Source of the DNA: a virus
Strand: one strand, 5' to 3'
Virus record (IMG/VR): IMGVR_UViG_3300047372_000605
Span: 1-64,000 of that record
Length of the DNA: 64,000 bases
In this document: piece after piece, positions 57,970 through 64,000 of the stretch
Layout: each line of letters begins with the position of its first letter
How positions within the stretch are numbered: the stretch's first letter is position 1
Notes under the pieces: model-generated
The model's database searches: none
Told to the model about the DNA's origin: nothing
Seen by the model: only the letters and a program-made list of their open reading frames with translations
Position numbers and translations under genes: made by a program

Positions 57970-59292
57970 ATGAAAAAAACAGTTATAATAAGTTGTCCTA
58001 TAGACACATACTCAGGTTATGGAGCAAGAGGAAGAGATGTAGTTAAAGCATTTTATGAGTTAGATAATTACGATGTAAAAGTATTACCTCAAAGGTGGGG
58101 AGATACACCTTGGGGTTTTATAGATGACCATGAAGAAGAGTGGGGTTTTTTAAATCCTCTTTTAATAACCCCAGAAACGGGTCAATTACAACAGCCTGAT
58201 ATTTGGGTGCAAATAACAATACCTAATGAATTTATGCCTCAAGGAAAATTTAATATTGGTATTACTGCAGGGATTGAATCTAATTTAGCACCTGCTGATT
58301 GGCTAGTAGGATGTAATAGAATGAATTTAGTATTAGGTTCATCTAAACATACAATTGAGGTTCTTAAAGCTAGTAAATGGGAACAACAAGATAAAAGAAC
58401 AGGTCAAAAACAATCAGTAATGGTAAACCCTAACTTACCTATGGATATTTTATTTGAAGGTTTTAATGAAAAAAATTATAAAAAAACAACTGATAAATTA
58501 GATTTGCCCGAAATTAAAGAACAGTTTTGTTTCTTATTTACTGGAATGTGGATTCAAGGAGACTTTGGACATGATAGAAAAAATATAGGAGTAATGATAA
58601 AAACATTTTTAGATACTTTTAAAAATAAACAAAAACAACCAGCTTTAATTCTTAAAACAAGTGCTGGAAGTGCTTCTTATTCTAGTAGACAACAAATATT
58701 AAAAAGAATTAATGATATTAAATCTCAAGTAAAAGGCAAATTACCTAAAATATATTTAATTCATGGAGATCTTACTGATGGAGAAATGAATCAGTTATAT
58801 AACCACCCTCAGGTAAAATGTATGGTTAGCGCTACAAAAGGAGAAGGATTTGGTAGACCATTACTTGAATTTACCCAAACTAAAAAACCTATAATAGCTT
58901 CAGGTTGGTCAGGTCATGTTGATTTTCTTAAACCAGATATGAGTTATTTAGTTCAAGGGAAATTACATAATGTTCATCCAAGTGCAGCTAATAAATGGTT
59001 AGTTAAAGAATCTCAATGGTTTGACATTGACACAGCAGCTTTAAATAATGCTTTTAAAACGATATATTTAAAATATAAAGACTGGGTTGTAAGAGCTAAA
59101 AAACAGGGAAACTTTACTAAAGAAAATTTTAGTTATACAGCTATGAAAGAAAAATTAGGTAATATTTTAAAAGAAAAAACTGGGAATATGCCTCAACAAG
59201 TTGGGTTGAGTTTGCCTAAACTTAAAAAAGTAGGAAAAAATGATAAACCTGAACTTCCTAAATTAAAACTACCCAAACTTCAAAAATTGTAA
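57970..59292 (+). CDS. Glycosyltransferase (GT-B, GT4-like)
   Basis: SGYG, DRKN, KGEGFGRPLLE....KPIIASGWSGH.DF. Confidence 0.85.
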   Translation: MKKTVIISCPIDTYSGYGARGRDVVKAFYELDNYDVKVLPQRWGDTPWGFIDDHEEEWGFLNPLLITPETGQLQQPDIWVQITIPNEFMPQGKFNIGITAGIESNLAPADWLVGCNRMNLVLGSSKHTIEVLKASKWEQQDKRTGQKQSVMVNPNLPMDILFEGFNEKNYKKTTDKLDLPEIKEQFCFLFTGMWIQGDFGHDRKNIGVMIKTFLDTFKNKQKQPALILKTSAGSASYSSRQQILKRINDIKSQVKGKLPKIYLIHGDLTDGEMNQLYNHPQVKCMVSATKGEGFGRPLLEFTQTKKPIIASGWSGHVDFLKPDMSYLVQGKLHNVHPSAANKWLVKESQWFDIDTAALNNAFKTIYLKYKDWVVRAKKQGNFTKENFSYTAMKEKLGNILKEKTGNMPQQVGLSLPKLKKVGKNDKPELPKLKLPKLQKL

Positions 59293-59294
59293 AA

Positions 59295-59756
59295 ATGGAA
59301 TCAGATAAATTACAAATTTGTCCCAGATGCGGATCCGACGCTTGTTATGTTACTGAGGTAAATCAAGATATAAATAATTATTATTGTTATGGTTGTGGTT
59401 TTCAATCTAATACTTTATTAAGAGAAGGAGAATTATTATTTGATGAACAAATGGAAACTTTACCAGAATTGTATAAAGATCTTAAATTTGAAGATAAAAA
59501 TGGTCAAATGTGGTTTCCTACAACTGTAAATTTAACTGAGCAAGGAATGGTATTTGCAAATGGCTCTTCAACCGAAAACTGGAAATGGGGAGCAGTTTTA
59601 GCAATTGAAGTAACAGAAGAAGAAAAACATAAATACCCTATCCCCGGAAAAGAAAATGAGTTTTATAAATGGAGAATGGATATGAGTACATTAAAACAGT
59701 TTGAAGAACGTGATTTTATGGAAGCTCTTTCGTATATTGGAGTATTACCAAGTTAA
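59295..59756 (+). CDS. Zinc-ribbon protein
   Basis: CPRC...CYGCG. Confidence 0.65.
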   Translation: MESDKLQICPRCGSDACYVTEVNQDINNYYCYGCGFQSNTLLREGELLFDEQMETLPELYKDLKFEDKNGQMWFPTTVNLTEQGMVFANGSSTENWKWGAVLAIEVTEEEKHKYPIPGKENEFYKWRMDMSTLKQFEERDFMEALSYIGVLPS

Positions 59757-59759
59757 GAT

Positions 59760-60383
59760 ATGAAAATAAGTTATGCAATTCCAGTTTGTAATGAATTTGT
59801 AGAAATTCAACGTTTATTAGGTTTTTTAATGCAAAATAAACGTAAACAAGATGAAATTATAGTATTATATGATACTAATAATGGTACAATTGAAGTAGAA
59901 AAAATTTTAAATCATTACTTGCAATTAAACCAATATTCTTTATATAAATCACCTTTTAATAAACATTTTGCAGAGTGGAAAAATCAATTATCTTCTTATT
60001 GTACTGGGGATTATATTTTTCAAATAGATGCAGATGAAATGATTACAGAAGTTTTAATTGGTAATTTACCTACTATACTAGAAAATAATCCCAATAATGA
60101 AGTTTATTTAGTCCCCAGAGTAAATACAGTATCTGGTTTAACTCAAGAACATATTACAAAATGGGGATGGAATGTAGATAAAGAAGATAGGGTAAATTGG
60201 CCTGATTATCAATGGCGTATTTGGAAAAATAAACCTGAAATAAAATGGGTAAATAAGGTACATGAAAAATTAGAAGGATTTAACACTTATGCTCCACTTC
60301 CTCAAAATCCTGAATTAGCTCTACAGCATCACAAGACAATAGAAAGACAAGAAAAACAAAATAATTATTATGACACATTATGA
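59760..60383 (+). CDS. Glycosyltransferase (GT-A, GT2-like)
   Basis: ISYAIPVCNE, YIFQIDADE, W...VHE. Confidence 0.85.
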   Translation: MKISYAIPVCNEFVEIQRLLGFLMQNKRKQDEIIVLYDTNNGTIEVEKILNHYLQLNQYSLYKSPFNKHFAEWKNQLSSYCTGDYIFQIDADEMITEVLIGNLPTILENNPNNEVYLVPRVNTVSGLTQEHITKWGWNVDKEDRVNWPDYQWRIWKNKPEIKWVNKVHEKLEGFNTYAPLPQNPELALQHHKTIERQEKQNNYYDTL

Positions 60384-60673
60384 AAATTTATGTAGATATT
60401 GATGAGACAATATGTTTTTATGATGGAGAACGTGAATACCCCAACGCTATACCTAGTAAAGAAAATATAGCTAAAATAAATAAGTTATATGATGAAGGTC
60501 ATGAAATAACTTATTGGACAGCAAGAGGAACTGTTACGGGCATTAATTGGTTTAATTTAACAAAAGAACAACTTACAAAATGGGGATGTAAATGGCATAG
60601 TTTAGTTGTTGGTGTAAAACCTGCTTATGATTTACTGATATGTGATAAAACTAAAAGAATAGAAGAAATATGA
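60380..60673 (+). CDS. HAD-superfamily phosphatase (capsule-biosynthesis type)
   Basis: DIDETI, WTARG, KP.YD..ICDK. Confidence 0.8.
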   Translation: MKIYVDIDETICFYDGEREYPNAIPSKENIAKINKLYDEGHEITYWTARGTVTGINWFNLTKEQLTKWGCKWHSLVVGVKPAYDLLICDKTKRIEEI

Positions 60674-61371
60674 AAAATGAAATATTAGATAATTTAAATA
60701 AAGTAGGAATATGTGTAATTGAAGATTATTTCAATTCGGATTGGTGTGATAAAGCAGTATTAGACTTAGAGGATTCTTTAATAACTTATAAAGATAAGAT
60801 ACAATCTGAAGCTAAAGAGGAAACATCTGGGGATTTTAGAATATTTAAGATGGAAAATCAATATGATACTGCTAAAACATTTGCTAATGATAATTTTTTA
60901 TTAGATATTGGTAGTGAATATTTTGGTTATAAAATAGTTAGTCATTTTGTATTAGGAGGAAAAGTTCAATATAATCCAAATCAAATAACTAATAGTGGAG
61001 GAGGATGGCATAGAGATAATAGAGGTAAACAGATAAAAACAATTGTATATCTTACAGATGTAGAAGAAACATCGGGTCCTTTTTCATTTTTACCTTTATC
61101 TAATCAGTTCGATCTACAAACTAGAGATGGTATTGGAAAAGCAACAAGATATGATGATGATATAGTTAATGAATTTTGTAAAAAAAATAATATAGAACCT
61201 TTTAAGGTAATAGGAAAGAAAGGAACTATAATTTTTGTAGATACATCTTACATACACAGAGGTTTAAATATCCAATCAGGTTCTAGATATACTTACACTA
61301 ATTATTATTTTGAGGATCATCCCCAACGATTCCAACTAACAGAAGATAAATGGGGTAAAATGTTCATATAA
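60670..61371 (+). CDS. 2-oxoglutarate/Fe(II) dioxygenase (PhyH-like)
   Basis: WHRD, YLTDV....GPF, G.KGT..F.DT..IHRG, distal R. Confidence 0.8.
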   Translation: MKNEILDNLNKVGICVIEDYFNSDWCDKAVLDLEDSLITYKDKIQSEAKEETSGDFRIFKMENQYDTAKTFANDNFLLDIGSEYFGYKIVSHFVLGGKVQYNPNQITNSGGGWHRDNRGKQIKTIVYLTDVEETSGPFSFLPLSNQFDLQTRDGIGKATRYDDDIVNEFCKKNNIEPFKVIGKKGTIIFVDTSYIHRGLNIQSGSRYTYTNYYFEDHPQRFQLTEDKWGKMFI

Positions 61372-62432
61372 TGGCTCATATTTTTAAATATCCTAAAGAT
61401 AATAGTAAAGGTATTATAGTTTTTACTCATAAGGAATGGCCTTGGTTGCTACAAAATGCTTTATCAACCCTCCAGGATTTAAAACAAATGTTTTACTTAG
61501 GTTGGAACCAAGGAACATATTTTGGAGAAATTCAAATGCCTAATATTGTTGATTTTTCATTCTCATCTCCTTCTACTCTTACTTATAAAGATAATGGAAA
61601 TACTTTATATATTCCTTTATGTGGGAGAAATTTTTTAACTAGTGATTTTAAGAATTTAGATATTAAAGAAAAAAATTTTGATATAATATCAACTAGTAGA
61701 GCAGTTAAAATTAAACAACTCCCCCCATTATTACATTCTATTAAAAAGTTAAACAATAGAGGAATATATCCTAAAACTTTATTTATAATTCCCACAGCCG
61801 AAAATGAAACCCCAGAATATGCTGATATTAATATTGTAAAAACTTTTAATGAATTATTTACTGTTGAAGAGAAAAAACATATAACTATGATGAGGCTCTC
61901 TCCAGAATTAGGTTTTTTAGGAATTAATCAACAAACTTTAAATTGGTTTTATAATAATAGTAAAATACTTTACATAGGATCTAAAAGTGAAGGAAATTGT
62001 AGAGTAGTTCATGAAGCTCTTATGGGTGGATGTAATATTGTTTATTATAAAAACCATAAGGGAGCTTTAGTGGATTATTTAGATAAAACTAATAGTACAT
62101 CATATGATACCCATGAAAATATTGATATCGCATTAGAAAAGGCTTTAAAAAGTTATACTTACTCAAAAATAAAAACAGATTCTTATGAAGACATTTTAAG
62201 TGAGAGAACTTCATTGAAAAAATTAATCCCCTATTTTGAAAAATTATATGAGTTAAATAATTCAAAATTTGATGGAGAATTAATAAATTATGATAATTTA
62301 TCCAATAGATTCCCAGCTCATTATTTAGATGTTCCTTGGAATAGCAAAGATCCTAAAGTCCCAACGGCTGATATTAAAACTCTAGATCAGTTAACTATTT
62401 TCATAAATTATATAAATGGAAATTGGAATTAG
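61371..62432 (+). CDS. Putative glycosyltransferase (GT-B-like)
   Basis: YN.SK.....S..EG..RVVHEALMGG. Confidence 0.6.
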   Translation: MAHIFKYPKDNSKGIIVFTHKEWPWLLQNALSTLQDLKQMFYLGWNQGTYFGEIQMPNIVDFSFSSPSTLTYKDNGNTLYIPLCGRNFLTSDFKNLDIKEKNFDIISTSRAVKIKQLPPLLHSIKKLNNRGIYPKTLFIIPTAENETPEYADINIVKTFNELFTVEEKKHITMMRLSPELGFLGINQQTLNWFYNNSKILYIGSKSEGNCRVVHEALMGGCNIVYYKNHKGALVDYLDKTNSTSYDTHENIDIALEKALKSYTYSKIKTDSYEDILSERTSLKKLIPYFEKLYELNNSKFDGELINYDNLSNRFPAHYLDVPWNSKDPKVPTADIKTLDQLTIFINYINGNWN

Positions 62433-62453
62433 TAAAAATTTATCGTATATTTG
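62422..62453 (+). promoter_or_regulatory. Bacteroidota sigma-A-like promoter
   Basis: ATTG-N20-TATATTTG; the -7 box is an exact TAnnTTTG match. Confidence 0.7.
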
Positions 62454-62493
62454 AAAAGCAATAGTTTAGTATAAACAAATAAAAAATAAAAAT

Positions 62494-63957
62494 ATGTTAT
62501 ATATATTTGAAATGGCAAATAATCATATGGGTAGTGTTTCCCATGCCAAAACTATCATTGATGAATTTGCAAATTTATCAAAAAAATGGAAAATAACAGC
62601 AGGAATTAAATTACAATTTAGAAATCTAGATACTTTTATTCATCCTGATTTTCAACAGCGTAATGATTTAAAATATGTTAAAAGATTTAATGAAACTAGA
62701 TTATCTAAATCAGAATTTAAAGAAATAGTTGATTATATTAAATCTACGGGATTATTAGCCATTACAACTCCTTTCGATAATGAATCAATCCCTATGACTT
62801 CAGAATTAAATATTGATGTATTAAAAGTAGCAAGTTGTTCTGTGGATGATTGGCCCTTATTAGAAGAATTATCAAATATAAATAAAAAAATAATTATATC
62901 AACTGCAGGGGTTGAGTTAAATACTTTACGTAAGGTTTATAGAATATTTAAACAAAAAAGAAGAGATTTTGCATTTATGCATTGTGTTGGTGAATACCCA
63001 ACAGCTAACGAAGTTGCAAATTTAAATAGAATTAAAGAATTAAAAAATGAATTTCCTGATATAGAAATAGGATTTTCAACACATGAATCTCCTTTAGAAA
63101 AATCAATGACTCCTTATGCTGTAGCTATGGGATGTACAATAGTTGAAAAACATGTTGGGGTGCCTACAGATGAATGGTCTTTAAACGCTTATTCATTAAC
63201 CAGTAATCAAATGGATAAGGTATTGTTTGAAATTGATGAATTATTAAGAGCATCAATAGGTAAATCTAATGAGCAAATTAAATCATTAAAATCTTTAAAA
63301 CGTGGAGTTTATGTAAAAAATGATCTAAAAAAAGGCCATAAAATTAGTAAAAATGATATATATTTTGCAATGCCAGTTCAAGATGGTATGCTAGATGCTT
63401 CTAACTATTATGATATTTTAAATTCTCATATTAAAACAGATAAAGTAAAAAATGAAGGGTTATATTTAAGTAATGTTGTAAATTTAGATCGAAAAGAAAT
63501 AATAGAAAAAATAAAATCCCAAGTTAAAAAACAACTATCAGAAGCTAATGTTACAATTACGGATAAGGATGATATAGAAATTTCATCTCATTATGGGTTA
63601 GAATCATTTTTTGAAACAGGTTGTGTTATTATTTCAAAAATCAACCGTAAATATTGTAAAAAAATATTAGTAGTTTTACCAAATCAATCTCATCCTACCC
63701 ATAGACATATGATAAAAGAAGAATCATTTGAATTATTATCTGGAGATTGTAAATTAGTTTTAAATGGAAGGGATATAGATCTTAAATTAGGGGAACCAAA
63801 GCTTATTAATACAAAAGTTGATCATTCTTTTAGTAGTAAAAAAGGATGTGTAGTAGAAGAAGTGTCAACAACTCATATTCCTGGGGATTCTATATATCAA
63901 AATCCTGAGATAAATAAATTATCTTTAAGTGAACGTAAAATTAAAATATCTTTATAA
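62494..63957 (+). CDS. neuB: NeuB-family nonulosonic acid synthase with SAF and C-terminal cupin domains
   Basis: EMANNHMG, KLQ, TPFD, KVAS, ISTAG, HCV..YP, GFSTHE, EKH; C-terminal HP.H.H..KEESF. Confidence 0.88.
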   Translation: MLYIFEMANNHMGSVSHAKTIIDEFANLSKKWKITAGIKLQFRNLDTFIHPDFQQRNDLKYVKRFNETRLSKSEFKEIVDYIKSTGLLAITTPFDNESIPMTSELNIDVLKVASCSVDDWPLLEELSNINKKIIISTAGVELNTLRKVYRIFKQKRRDFAFMHCVGEYPTANEVANLNRIKELKNEFPDIEIGFSTHESPLEKSMTPYAVAMGCTIVEKHVGVPTDEWSLNAYSLTSNQMDKVLFEIDELLRASIGKSNEQIKSLKSLKRGVYVKNDLKKGHKISKNDIYFAMPVQDGMLDASNYYDILNSHIKTDKVKNEGLYLSNVVNLDRKEIIEKIKSQVKKQLSEANVTITDKDDIEISSHYGLESFFETGCVIISKINRKYCKKILVVLPNQSHPTHRHMIKEESFELLSGDCKLVLNGRDIDLKLGEPKLINTKVDHSFSSKKGCVVEEVSTTHIPGDSIYQNPEINKLSLSERKIKISL

Positions 63958-63961
63958 AAAT

Positions 63962-64000
63962 ATGGGTACTCATTTCATAATACCTGCTCGAAAAAATTCA
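63962..64000 (+). CDS. Start of a NeuA-like cytidylyltransferase (truncated by the window edge)
   Basis: MGTHFIIPARKNS matches the IPAR.xSK N-terminal motif; follows neuB. Confidence 0.6.
   Translation, partial: MGTHFIIPARKNS

Overview
AT-rich, 64-kb, single-strand (+) segment of a large T4-like contractile-tailed phage (myovirus), most likely infecting a Bacteroidota (Flavobacteriia-like) host. The host call rests on TTG-N20-TATATT promoters matching the Bacteroidota sigma-A -33/-7 architecture, A-rich starts without Shine-Dalgarno sequences, and a lipoprotein with a Bacteroidota-type export signal. Gene order: Ser/Gly-repeat fibre or decoration genes; tail sheath, tube, chaperone, tape measure and baseplate; a replication block (degenerate PolA-like, gp32-like SSB, RecA/UvsX, 5'-3' exonuclease, DnaB-like helicase, NrdB/NrdA); a tail-fibre/lectin/glycosyltransferase insert; a lysis cassette; a 7-deazaguanine cluster (TGT/DpdA-like, QueC, QueD, QueE, FolE) with 3 tRNAs, a nuclease, a PRTase and a MazG-like enzyme; a naturally split PolB; sliding clamp; Hsp20/GroES/GroEL; clamp loader; and a glycosyltransferase plus NeuB/NeuA cluster. 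The most notable unannotated structures are: (i) two single genes (hsp20 and an 89-aa membrane gene), each enclosed by its own 16-20 bp long-range inverted repeat with RNA-type imperfections; (ii) a probable +1/-2 programmed frameshift on a U7 tract in the tail-chaperone gene; (iii) a PolB split by an inserted, translationally coupled ORF; (iv) a structured RNA leader before a tail fibre gene; (v) a late-promoter-like motif TATTTATA, the reverse complement of the T4 late promoter. All functional calls come from motif recognition by eye; no database searches were run.
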